Assembly: GCA_963665125.2 (NCBI GenBank) | Contig: CAXXUK010000002.1 | Span: 448,001 to 512,000 of the forward strand | Origin: an uncultured Desulfarculus sp. | GTDB taxonomy: Bacteria; Desulfobacterota; Desulfarculia; Desulfarculales; Desulfarculaceae | Reading direction: 5' to 3' | DNA length: 64,000 bases | Shown: positions 40,880 to 50,695 of the stretch, piece by piece | Layout: each line of letters opens with the position of its first letter | How positions within the stretch are numbered: position 1 is the first letter of the stretch | Position numbers and translations under genes: made by a program | The notes under the pieces: generated by a model | Seen by the model: only the letters and a program-made list of their open reading frames with translations | Database searches by the model: none | What the model was told of the DNA's origin: nothing

Positions 40880-42349
40880 TCAGCCCTTGGCCTTGGCCAG
40901 CAGGTCCATGGTCACCCGGCCGTCGGCAATGTCCTGGGCTCCCACAAAGGCCGGAGCCCCGCCGTCCAGGCAGGTGAAATCGCCGCGCATGGTCCGGGCC
41001 AGGGCATTGTCGCCGTCGGCCAGTTCCCGGAAGCGCCGCCCGGCGTACTGCACGCCCCGCAGCAGGGAACCCGTGGGCACATACACCCGCATGGCGTAGC
41101 CGTTGTCCAGCACGGCCTTTTTGATGGGGTCGCCCATGCCGTAGAGCATCTGGATCTGGGGTTTGGGGCGGCCCAGCATCTCGGCGGCGGCCATGGCGTG
41201 GGCCTGGGTGCGCATGTTGTGGGTGGCGAAGGCCGGGTCAAAGGCGTCTTTTTCGATGAGCATGTATTCGCAAAGGGCCTCGTAGTTTGCGTCCGTGGAC
41301 GACTTGTAGCTCCACACCGGGCTCTTGCGGCCTTGCTTTTGGGCCAGGTCTTTTTCGTATTGCTCGTAGGCGCCCTTGACCAGCCTGATGGGAGCCTGGA
41401 TGCCCAAGGACCTGGCCCAGCGGCCCAGGTCTTCCAGGTCATTGGCCGAGTCGCGCAGATAGGCCTGGATCACCAGGCCCATGCGATAGGAACCGTCGCC
41501 GTTGCGGTATTGGTCCAGGTTTTGTTCCACGGCCTTTTTGAACATGGCGATGGTCAGGTTCTTGTAGACGTATTCCTCCATGTCGATGCGCACGTGGACA
41601 TGCTTGGCCGGTGGCTCGGCCGCAGCCTTGATCAGGCCGCCCAGCCGGTCGACGATTTCATCGCGTTTTTGACGGGCCGCCTGGCCGCTGCCCAGGGCCG
41701 CGCCCAGATCATAGACCAGGGCCGATAGTTTGATGGACACCCAGATTTGCTCCAGGTCTCCCATCTCATTGGATTGTTGGATAAGCTCCCGGTAAAAACC
41801 GTAGTACTGCCGCGCGCCTTCATCAGACAGCGCCGCGTCGCCGACATTGTCTATGGAAACGCCGAAGCCCTTGGCCTTCATCTGCTTGATGAACTGGTAT
41901 ACCTTGGCGGCCCGGTTTTTTTCTTCGGTTTCTTCGCCGTCGACGCTGGTCAGCAGCAGGAAAGGCTCGCACATCCATTCGGTGAAGGGAATCAGCGGCC
42001 AGAAGAGGATCTGGGCCCAGCGCTCGGTGGCCAGGGTGTTGAGATACCACTCGGTGACGTCGATCCACGGCTCTTCCATGGACAGATGCATCAACTGGGT
42101 GCGCAGGCTGTCGGCCTCGTCGTCATGGGCCAGTTCCTGGAGCATGTCCTCTTGCAGCTTGTCCAGGCGCCGTAGGGTCGCGGCCTCCAGAACCTTGTCC
42201 TGCTTGGCCAGGCCCGGTCCGGCGGGTAGGGGCTCGGCGGCCGGGGCTGTTTGGGCCCGTGCGGTTCTGGCCAATGCCGGGGCCAGGCCGACGCCGGCGG
42301 CCAATCCCAGGCCGCTTTTGATAAAGGCTCTGCGGTTGAGTTCGGACAT
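40880..42349 (-). CDS. Monofunctional proline-dehydrogenase-family flavoprotein with Tat signal
   Basis: MSELNRRAFIK...ARA signal; SIKLSAL, IDMEEY, QAYLRDS, RLVKGAY, ATHN, QMLYGM, RVYVP..YxxRRxxE. Confidence 0.85.
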   Translation of the reverse strand: MSELNRRAFIKSGLGLAAGVGLAPALARTARAQTAPAAEPLPAGPGLAKQDKVLEAATLRRLDKLQEDMLQELAHDDEADSLRTQLMHLSMEEPWIDVTEWYLNTLATERWAQILFWPLIPFTEWMCEPFLLLTSVDGEETEEKNRAAKVYQFIKQMKAKGFGVSIDNVGDAALSDEGARQYYGFYRELIQQSNEMGDLEQIWVSIKLSALVYDLGAALGSGQAARQKRDEIVDRLGGLIKAAAEPPAKHVHVRIDMEEYVYKNLTIAMFKKAVEQNLDQYRNGDGSYRMGLVIQAYLRDSANDLEDLGRWARSLGIQAPIRLVKGAYEQYEKDLAQKQGRKSPVWSYKSSTDANYEALCEYMLIEKDAFDPAFATHNMRTQAHAMAAAEMLGRPKPQIQMLYGMGDPIKKAVLDNGYAMRVYVPTGSLLRGVQYAGRRFRELADGDNALARTMRGDFTCLDGGAPAFVGAQDIADGRVTMDLLAKAKG

Positions 42350-42480
42350 GATTTGCACTCCCCCTGCGGATCTGCGGTTGTTGGCTACACAATACACCGG
42401 GCAAAAAGTGAATGGCTAAATAAAGAGGCGGAATTCGTGTGATAAGATGCATCATTGCCGCAAAGCAACGACGGAGGGAT

Positions 42481-43797
42481 ATGAGCTTGTCGATGAACAA
42501 TCTTGGCCGCATGCGAGCCGCGGTTCCACGGCTGCTTTTGGCGGCTCTGGTCTGCCTGGGCCTGGCCGGATGCGCGTCCGGCAAGCCTTACAGCATCAAC
42601 ATGATGCCCGCGCCCGAGGTCTTCGCGGCCGGATTGATCGACCCCTTCGCCGGGATTACCCGGGATAAACGCGCTCCGTACCAAGGCATCCTCTACGCCA
42701 CCGACAGGTTGCCCGCTGCAACCAGCGAGGATTTTTACGGCAACAAGGAGGGCTACATTCTGCGCCTGGGCCTGGCCGAGGTGGAGATCGGCCAAGGCAA
42801 ATTCACCTGGTGGGACGCCAGCAAGGGCACGATCTTGAAAAACCGTACGGAAAACTATTCCCTGCGCATAAGCAAGATCGACGAATACGGGCCCCTGGAC
42901 AGCACCTTCACGGTGTTCACGCCCTACGAACTCAAACCGGAGAAACCGGGCGATGCGGCGGCTGAATTCGCCAATAAAATCAACGGTAAATTGGCCATTT
43001 CCAAAGACAAGGATATCAATGTCTACGTTCACGGCTACAGGACCGTATTTGAAAATCCGGTGCTGGTGGTGGGGGAGCTGTGGCATTTCATGGGTTATGA
43101 CGGCGTGTTCCTGGCCTTCTCATGGCCGGCCACGCCCGAGGTCCTGGCCTATGTCTCCGACCTTGAGACCACGGCCGTTTCCTCGCGCAACCTGCGCGTC
43201 TTTTTGCGGTATTTAGCGGAAAGAACAAACGCCCGGCAAATAAACGTCATCGGCTACAGCGCCGGGACAAGGGTGGTGTTGCAGGCACTATCGCAACTGG
43301 CCCTGGTGAACCAGGGCAACCCCGGGGCGATCGATTTGCGCATCGGCCAGGTCATCCTCATCGGCAGCGATGTGGGGCGTGCCGCCTTTGCGGCGGCCCT
43401 GGCCGACGGCCTGTTGGATATGGCCCGATCAATTACTATTTACGCATCCAGCAAAGATACGGCCCTGGACTTTTCCAGCCACATATTCCGGCGTGAACGT
43501 CTGGGCCAGATTTCCGCGTCGCTGAGCAGCCCCCAAGGCGAAAGGTTTCTTCGGGAAACCCCCAGGCTCAATGTCATAAACGTGACCAAGGCCGAAGGGT
43601 CCACCTCGGGCAACGGCCACAGCTATTTCCGCAACAGCCCCTGGGCCAGCAGCGACATCCTGCTTTCGCTGATGTACGACCTGCCGCCCGCAGAACGGGG
43701 TCTGGTCCGGCAGCAGGACATGCCGGTCTGGTCTTTCCCGCCTGATTATATCCACCGCTTGAAAGATTCCCTCAAGGCACAAGGCATAATAAAATAA
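42481..43797 (+). CDS. DUF900-like alpha/beta hydrolase lipoprotein
   Basis: LAGC lipobox; ILYATDR, VYVHGY, FSWPA, GYSAG, GHSYF. Confidence 0.8.
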   Translation: MSLSMNNLGRMRAAVPRLLLAALVCLGLAGCASGKPYSINMMPAPEVFAAGLIDPFAGITRDKRAPYQGILYATDRLPAATSEDFYGNKEGYILRLGLAEVEIGQGKFTWWDASKGTILKNRTENYSLRISKIDEYGPLDSTFTVFTPYELKPEKPGDAAAEFANKINGKLAISKDKDINVYVHGYRTVFENPVLVVGELWHFMGYDGVFLAFSWPATPEVLAYVSDLETTAVSSRNLRVFLRYLAERTNARQINVIGYSAGTRVVLQALSQLALVNQGNPGAIDLRIGQVILIGSDVGRAAFAAALADGLLDMARSITIYASSKDTALDFSSHIFRRERLGQISASLSSPQGERFLRETPRLNVINVTKAEGSTSGNGHSYFRNSPWASSDILLSLMYDLPPAERGLVRQQDMPVWSFPPDYIHRLKDSLKAQGIIK

Positions 43798-43877
43798 TAA
43801 TAAAGGTATCGATTAATGCCAGTAACGTCAGTGTTTTACGCTTTGTCTGCCGCTGGCGTTAAATTTTAACAACTCTG

Positions 43878-43923
43878 TTGACAGTGCGGATAATCGGCAC
43901 TACACTGACTGACATGTCAGTCA
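43878..43923 (+). promoter_or_regulatory. Sigma70 promoter plus perfect 18-bp TetR operator over a leaderless start
   Basis: TTGACA(43878)-N17-TACACT(43901); TGACTGACATGTCAGTCA (43906-43923) is a perfect palindrome containing the ATG. Confidence 0.8.
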
Positions 43924-44555
43924 AAAAACAAAAAAAGGAGGCTACCGAGGCCTCCCTTATAGAGGCCGCAATCAAGGTGTTCCGCGAAGTCGGATACGCC
44001 AAGGCCAGGGTGTCGGACATCGTGTCCCAGGCCGGCGTGTCCCAGGGCACCTTTTATCTCTATTTCAAATCCAAGGAAGACATCCTGCGGCGGATCATTT
44101 CCTCGCTGAAGGATAATTTCAACAAGGCCTTGGAAGACGTGGACGTTGTTTTTGCCGGCGAAACCGCCGAAGAGATGCTCCACAGCCTTTCAATGTTTCT
44201 GGAAAAAGCCCTGGCCATGCATCACGAAAACATAGGCGCGGCCGAGATCATGTGGCGCGAGGGCTTTGGCCACGGCGGCGTTTTCGCCGAACTGTATTCG
44301 GAAACCTATTCCTATTTCATTGAAATCATCCGGGCGCGCATGAAGGAAGCTGCCGCCAGGGGCCTGATCAGTTGCGAACGCATTGATGATTCGGCGGTCT
44401 TTCTGGTCAGCTTGTTCGAGAGAAGCTCGTTTTATTTCATGGTCATCGAAGGTGGTGTGGAAATCCCCAGGCTGGCTTCCAACCTGGCCCGGTTTATCCT
44501 TTTTGGCCTACTGCCGGAAACGAAAATCGCATTCAACAACCAGCAAAACAAGTGA
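43914..44555 (+). CDS. TetR/AcrR family regulator
   Basis: LIEAAIKVFREVGY...IVSQAGVSQGTFYLYFKSKEDI. Confidence 0.92.
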   Translation: MSVKKQKKEATEASLIEAAIKVFREVGYAKARVSDIVSQAGVSQGTFYLYFKSKEDILRRIISSLKDNFNKALEDVDVVFAGETAEEMLHSLSMFLEKALAMHHENIGAAEIMWREGFGHGGVFAELYSETYSYFIEIIRARMKEAAARGLISCERIDDSAVFLVSLFERSSFYFMVIEGGVEIPRLASNLARFILFGLLPETKIAFNNQQNK

Positions 44556-47553
44556 GTGTCATGGGCAAACAGGCGTCAAAAGACAAGGGTTCGGCTTTCT
44601 CGCTCCATAAAATGGTCATGCCGGTGGCCAAAAGGCTTTGGCTGGTGCTTTTGTTGATGGCCGTCATCACCGCAGCGGCCGTATACGGCATGAGTTTTCT
44701 GACCATTGAAAACGACCTGCAAAACATGATGGCCGACGAAAACCTGGAAAAGATCGCCTTTCGCGATGCCGAGGAAAGATACGGCGACTCCATCGGCATG
44801 GTATTGGCCTTTAACGCGCCCGAAGGTTTGTATAGGGCGGACTTTTTGAAAAAGATCGAAGCGTTCAGCCAGGAGGTCCTGAGCCTCAACATCCGCTTGT
44901 TGGCCCGGGAACTGCGGGCCGACGCGCCCCTGGACGAAAAACAGTCCGTTTTGCTGGCGGCCTGGCTGCAAAGCCTGATCTCCGACCCGACTTTTTCACC
45001 CGATGAATTCGGCGAAATGGTGGCCGATCCCCAGGAAGCCGCCGACAACATGGCCGACTTCATGCCCAAGTTTTTAAAGGTGGACGACCCCGAGGAACTG
45101 CCCTGTCCACCGGCCAAGTCCTGGCCAAGGCGGCCAAGGACAACCCCGCTCAGTTGCAAAAGCTGCTTGAAACGGCCAACAAGACGACCGACGAGCGGCA
45201 CAAGGAAAAAAGCCGCTGGGTGGACCAGATCCTCAGCATAACCCAGACCGATTCCGCCTGGCCCCAGTTCAAGAGCCTCGACGGGCCCATGGCTTTGCTT
45301 AAGGGCTGGGGTCTGCCCACGGATCAGGGGACCAAAACCCTGTTGGAGATAGCCCTGGAGCGGGGCGTGAACAGCCCGGAGGATCTCGACCGGTTCTTGA
45401 ATGATGAGAAGGGCCTTTTATGGGCCGGCGTGCCCCTGCAAACCTGCCGGGTCTTCAAGGACGCCTTGAACAAGGAGCGGGCCAAGGAATTGATCCAGGC
45501 CATTCGTCAGGCCCCCAAACAGATCCGGGTCGGCGACATGATCAGCCTGGACGAGAAAACCGAACCAGACAGCCGCCAACTGTACGAGTTGGAGCTGCGG
45601 CTCAAGGCCTGGAACTTTTTTGACGGAGCCCTGCGTTCTCCCGACGATCACGCCACCCTGATGATGGTCCGCACTGTTCCCAATATCACCAAAAATAGCC
45701 GGGCGCCTCTATTGGACATGGTTCGGGGTCTGTTGGACAAGTATTTCAGCAATACTCCCTACCGGGTATATCAGGCCGGGGCCACCGTGGTCTCCGATGA
45801 GGTTTCGGCCCGGATGACCACCGACATCCGCAAGCTGTTGCCCATTGTCGTGGTGGTGGTGGCCGTATTCTTGTTCATCTCCCTGCGCAGCATCGCCGGG
45901 GTGGTCTATCCCCTGGCCACCGTGCTGTTGTCCATTGTCTGGTGCCTTGGCTTCATGGGCTATGCCGGTCTGCCCATCTCCATCGTGGTCACGGCCTTGC
46001 CCGTGCTGCTGGTGGCGGTGGGCTCGGCCTACGGCATCCACTTTATCCACAACTTCCGTTTTTTCCGCAGCCACGGGCATTCGGCCCATGAGGCTGTGAA
46101 GTCCACCATCGACGTCACCGGCAAGGGCGTGGTAATGGCCGGGTTGACCACCGTGGCCGGATTCGCCTCCCTGGCCGCCAACTCCATCGTGGGCCTGAGG
46201 GATTTCGGCATAGCCGTGGCCGTGGGAGTCGGTTTCGCCCTGCTCATCTCGATGTATATGGTTACGGCCCTGTTGATAAAGTTCGGCGCCGGCAGAACCA
46301 CGCAAGCCCCGGCCGATGAAAACGAGCGCGGCGTGGGCGGCTTCTTTACCCGTTTCAGCGAACTGACCATGAAGCGGGCCTGGCTGGTGGTGGTGGGATT
46401 CACCATCGCCCTGATCATTTCCGGCCTGGGCCTGACCAAACTCTACACCGAGCTCAACAACATGAGCTTCTTCCGGCCCGACTCCGAGATCCGCCAGGCC
46501 GACAGCTTCATCAATGCCAGATTCGCCGGTACGGTGGGCCTGCGCACGGTCTTCAGCACCAGCGAGGAAAAAGGCGCCTTGGACCCGGTGCTGTTGGAGG
46601 TCATGGAGGAACTGGCCCGGAAGATTCCGGCCGACAACCCCGAGGTGGGCAAGGTCAGCAGTTCCGTGGACCTGATCAAGAAAATGAACCAGGCCTTCCA
46701 TTACAATGACCCGGCCTATTACCGGTTGCCCAAAATCCAGGACTTGGAGGGCGAACAGACCAAGCAGGCGCTGATGGGGCAATACGCCTTTTACGTGGAC
46801 AAATTTCCCCAAAACCAGCGCAAGTCCTTCGTGGACGCCGGCAAGAAGACGGCTGTGCTCAATATCCAGGTAAAAACATCGGCCAGCACGGTGAGTTCCC
46901 GCATCTGCAAATACATCGATCAGCAGCTGAACGGACCGCTGGGTGCGCCCCTGCGGGAAAAGGGCATCACCTTCAGCACCACGGGCATCGGCAAGCTCTA
47001 CCATGAGGCCAGCGACATGCTGATCTCGGGCCAGATGTGGTCGGTGGTCCTGTCGCTGATCATCGTATTGGTGCTGGTTTCGCTGACCATGCGCTCGCTG
47101 GGTTACGGCCTGCTGGCCATTTTGCCCCTGAGCATCACCATTATCGTGGACTTCGGGTTGATGGGTTATGCGGGAATAGCCCTGGACGCGGCCACGGCCA
47201 TAACCGCCTGCGTGGCCGTGGGCATCGGCGTGGACTACTCCATTCACTACCTCAACCGTTACCGCGATTGCCGGGCCAGGGGGCTCGTCCACCACGAGGC
47301 CGCCCTGGAAACGGCCCAGGGCTCGGGCCAGGCCATTGTCATCAACGCGGTGGCTGTGGGCGGCGGTTTCCTGGTGATGCTCTTTTCCTCGTTCGTCCCG
47401 CTTTTCAACGTGGGAATCCTGATGGCCTTCACCATGGCCCTGACGGCGTTCGGCTCGCTGACGCTGATTCCCGCGCTGTTGACCATAGCCGACCGGAAAA
47501 AGAATTCGCCGAAAAACAAACAATCAAAGCCTGATCAAGGAGTTGCGGCATGA
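44552..47553 (+). pseudogene. MMPL/RND family transporter, split by a 1-bp frameshift near 45100
   Basis: N-terminal TM ORF 44552-45241 and ORF 45154-47553 join if GAACTG-CCC is read GAACTGGCCC; RND repeats AVGSAYGIHF and GIGVDYSIH. Could be a sequencing error. Confidence 0.75.
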
Positions 47554-48362
47554 AAAAGTTGATAATCGCATTAGTTAGTCTGGCATGCCTGGCCGCGGCG
47601 CCGGCCTGGGCCGCCGATATCCCGGACTATGACAAGGCCAATGCGGCCAAGGACGGGCGCCTCATCGCCGATGTTCTGGACGACGCCAACCGCCCCAAGG
47701 AGGATCTGATCACCTATGCCGTGATGACCCTCAAGTCAGGTAACGACGTCACCGACACCCGCAAGGTGATCATCAAGCGCAAGACATACGGCAACGTCGA
47801 CCGCGCCTTGATGCGGTTCATGGATTCCCTGAAGCGTGGCGTCACCTTCCTGACCATCGAGCACAAGGACGTGGACAACGAGCAGTATCTGTACATACCG
47901 TCCATGGGCCGGCCCAGGCAGATCGCCACAGCCGACCGCCAGAGCGACTTTGAAGACACCGACCTGACCAACGAGGAGTTGGGCGGCCGCAAGGTCGAGG
48001 ACTATACCTATCTGCGGCACAACGACACCAAAGTTGAGGGCAGCCAGGTTTACAAGGTGGTGGCCCAGGCCAAGGACCCCGACGCCCGTTACCCCAGATA
48101 CGTTGCCTGGATCGATATTGAGACGTTGGTCCCCAGGCAGATCAAGGTCTACAACAAGGACAACAAGCTCCAAAAGGTCATGGTCGCCGGTGACATCCGG
48201 AAGGTCGGCGATATCTATGTGCCGTTCAAGACCGTGGTCAAGGACTTTATCCGGGATCACACCACCCTGCTGATTATCAAGGAGGCCAAGACGGACGTTG
48301 GCCTCAGCGGCGTTGAGTTCGACAAGAACAAGATGGGCAACAAGTGGAACGAGACCTTCTAG
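47550..48362 (+). CDS. Outer-membrane lipoprotein-sorting (LolA-like) periplasmic protein
   Basis: Signal AWA-A; GVTFL...QYLYIPSMGRPRQI...FEDTDLTNEEL pattern; ATGA coupling to the RND gene. Confidence 0.8.
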   Translation: MKKLIIALVSLACLAAAPAWAADIPDYDKANAAKDGRLIADVLDDANRPKEDLITYAVMTLKSGNDVTDTRKVIIKRKTYGNVDRALMRFMDSLKRGVTFLTIEHKDVDNEQYLYIPSMGRPRQIATADRQSDFEDTDLTNEELGGRKVEDYTYLRHNDTKVEGSQVYKVVAQAKDPDARYPRYVAWIDIETLVPRQIKVYNKDNKLQKVMVAGDIRKVGDIYVPFKTVVKDFIRDHTTLLIIKEAKTDVGLSGVEFDKNKMGNKWNETF

Positions 48363-48367
48363 TCAAT

Positions 48368-48476
48368 ATTGGAAAAGTCCGTCCTGGACTTTTCCAATAG
48401 ACGGTTGGCGAAAGCGACTTTTCGCCAATCAACACAAATAGCTGGTCCGAGACGGCGCAATTTGGGTGCGCCGTCC
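48368..48476. repeat. Cluster of intergenic palindromes (REP-like)
   Basis: TATTGGAAAAGTCC/GGACTTTTCCAATA, TTGGCGAAA/TTTCGCCAA, GACGGCGCA/TGCGCCGTC hairpins. Confidence 0.55.
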
Positions 48477-48525
48477 ATGGCGCGCGCGAAACGATGCCTT
48501 TGGCGCGCTTGGGAGCGGTAGGGTT

Positions 48526-49941
48526 ATGAAAATCAACAATATTGTCAAGTCGCTGTTATTGGTGTGGTGTCTGGGGCTGGTGCTGGGGCCTTGGGCGGCC
48601 CTGGCGGCAGAAGAAGCGGCCGACGACGACCTCAGCGGCCTGCTGGAGCAGGAAACCTCCGACACTCCGGGCCTGACCATGGCCAAGGAGGAAAAGCTGT
48701 GGGGAATCCAGTACGAGGGCGAGCTGCGGGCCAACCTTTGGTACAAGTACGACGATGACCCGGAGTGGAAGACCACCAACCGCCTGGATCTGCTGGCCGA
48801 AAAAGAGGCCAACAACCTCAAAGTGCTGGGCCGGGTGAAGTTCGACTACCAGAACCTGGAGGCCGATCCGGACTTTCGCGCCGACGTGCGCGAGATGTAC
48901 GCCCGCTACCGGGTGAAATCATCCTGGTTCGAATACCTGGACATGATCGCCGGCAAGAAGATCGTCTACTGGGGCAAGGGCGACGAGGTGCGCCCCCTGG
49001 ACATCGTCTGCCCCGAGGACATGACCTCCAACATCTATTACCTGAAGAACGAGCGCAAGACCGGCGTGCTAGGCCTGTTCGCCGACCTGGCCCTGAACCA
49101 GCACGTGACCCTGGAAGTCTTCTGGTCGCCGTATTTCCAAAAGTCATGGACCCCGGATCTCGGTGATTATTTCGAGCCCTATGCCCTGCGTAAACTGCAC
49201 GACGCGGGAGTGGCCGAGGGTTCGGCCATGGTTCCGGATAATTTCTCGGACATGGCCTCGGTGGGCGGCCGCCTGAAGCTTTCGGTGGCCCGCTTTGACA
49301 TCGGGCTGTACGCCTACCAGGGCTACAGCAACCTGCCCACCTATGAGATAACCTCGCTGATGCGCCACCCGGTCTACGGCATACCCATCCCCACCGAAGT
49401 GTCACCGGAATACTACCGCCTGACCATGTACGGCGCGGACTTCGAGCGGGCCGTGGGCGATTTCGTGCTGCGCGGCGAGGTGGCCTACATGGCGAACGGC
49501 GATCACGAAATGGTGGACTGGCAACACGACTACACTTTGCTGGTCCAATACCCCAACGGCATCGCCGACAGCCGCAGCCTGCAATACGTGGTGGGCCTGG
49601 ACAAAAACAATCTGTTCATCCGCAATCTGTTCATGAACATCCAGTATGTTGGCCAGTACATCACCGACTATGACGACGTGTTCGCCGACGACCAGGTGAC
49701 CCACGGCGCCACGCTGTATTTTCAGTATTCGATCATGGACTCGCTGTTCGTGTTCTACTACCGCGGCGTGGCCGACTTTACGCACCACACCTACCGCAAC
49801 AGGTTTGACGGCGCGTACAAGATCAACAACTGGTCCGAGGTCTCCCTGGGCGTGATCATCTACAACGGTGACGCCGATACGCTGTTCGGCCAGTATGACA
49901 ACCAGGACTTTGTCTATACGCAGCTCAAGGTGATCTTCTAG
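48526..49941 (+). CDS. DUF1302-like outer-membrane beta-barrel protein
   Basis: Signal peptide; GKKIVYWGKGD motif; alternating beta pattern; C-terminal Phe. Confidence 0.72.
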   Translation: MKINNIVKSLLLVWCLGLVLGPWAALAAEEAADDDLSGLLEQETSDTPGLTMAKEEKLWGIQYEGELRANLWYKYDDDPEWKTTNRLDLLAEKEANNLKVLGRVKFDYQNLEADPDFRADVREMYARYRVKSSWFEYLDMIAGKKIVYWGKGDEVRPLDIVCPEDMTSNIYYLKNERKTGVLGLFADLALNQHVTLEVFWSPYFQKSWTPDLGDYFEPYALRKLHDAGVAEGSAMVPDNFSDMASVGGRLKLSVARFDIGLYAYQGYSNLPTYEITSLMRHPVYGIPIPTEVSPEYYRLTMYGADFERAVGDFVLRGEVAYMANGDHEMVDWQHDYTLLVQYPNGIADSRSLQYVVGLDKNNLFIRNLFMNIQYVGQYITDYDDVFADDQVTHGATLYFQYSIMDSLFVFYYRGVADFTHHTYRNRFDGAYKINNWSEVSLGVIIYNGDADTLFGQYDNQDFVYTQLKVIF

Positions 49942-50126
49942 CGCCTCGGGCACATTAATAAGGGCGGCGGCCTTCGCCAAAAGGGTGTGGGCAGCCCTGA
50001 AGGCCGTCGCCCGCACTTCAACCTCCCCCTTGACCGGCGTCAAGGCCATTGCCTAATATTTCCTAGAAGCACCAGGATTTTCAACCCTGCGAAAAATCTG
50101 TCTCCCTTTGCCCTTGGGAGCGGCAT

Positions 50127-50693
50127 ATGCCCAAACAAAGCGCTTGGCGGCAAGTGGCGCGGCCTGTATCCCTGGTCTTTTTGATCACGGCCGCATCGTA
50201 TTTCGGCTATTTCGGTTCGCGGCAGGTAACCAACCCTTCCCTGCACCAGATCATGGCCGCTTTTTTCGGCACCACCTATTTCATTTCCATTGCCCTGGGC
50301 TCCGTCTATGTCTTTGCCTCCAGCCGCCTGAAGGGCGCTGCTCTGGGCCTGGCCGTGGCGGCGTGTTTCGTCACCCCGCTGGCCTGGATGACCAAGGAGG
50401 TTTGGCGCATATCCGAGTCCCATCCCCTGGCCGAATGCCTGTACTACTATCTCAACCCCCTGAATATCTGGCTGGTGTCGTTCATGTTCGTGGAGATGGG
50501 CCTGGCCTCCCTGATCATCCGGCCTCTTCTGCGCCGCCGGGGTCTGGGCCCGGACGGCGGCCCCGGGGCGGCCATGGCCGTGGTGGTCGTCAGCCTGGCC
50601 GTTGCCGTCTCGCTGTATGCCTGGGGTAAGGGGGAAAACATCTACGTGCTGTTTCTGGGGGGCTACCGCGCACTCTTCGGATCGGGGGTGTAA
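50127..50693 (+). CDS. Hypothetical multi-TM membrane protein
   Basis: About 5 hydrophobic helices; ends 2 nt before the sulfatase start. Confidence 0.6.
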   Translation: MPKQSAWRQVARPVSLVFLITAASYFGYFGSRQVTNPSLHQIMAAFFGTTYFISIALGSVYVFASSRLKGAALGLAVAACFVTPLAWMTKEVWRISESHPLAECLYYYLNPLNIWLVSFMFVEMGLASLIIRPLLRRRGLGPDGGPGAAMAVVVVSLAVAVSLYAWGKGENIYVLFLGGYRALFGSGV

Positions 50694-50695
50694 CC

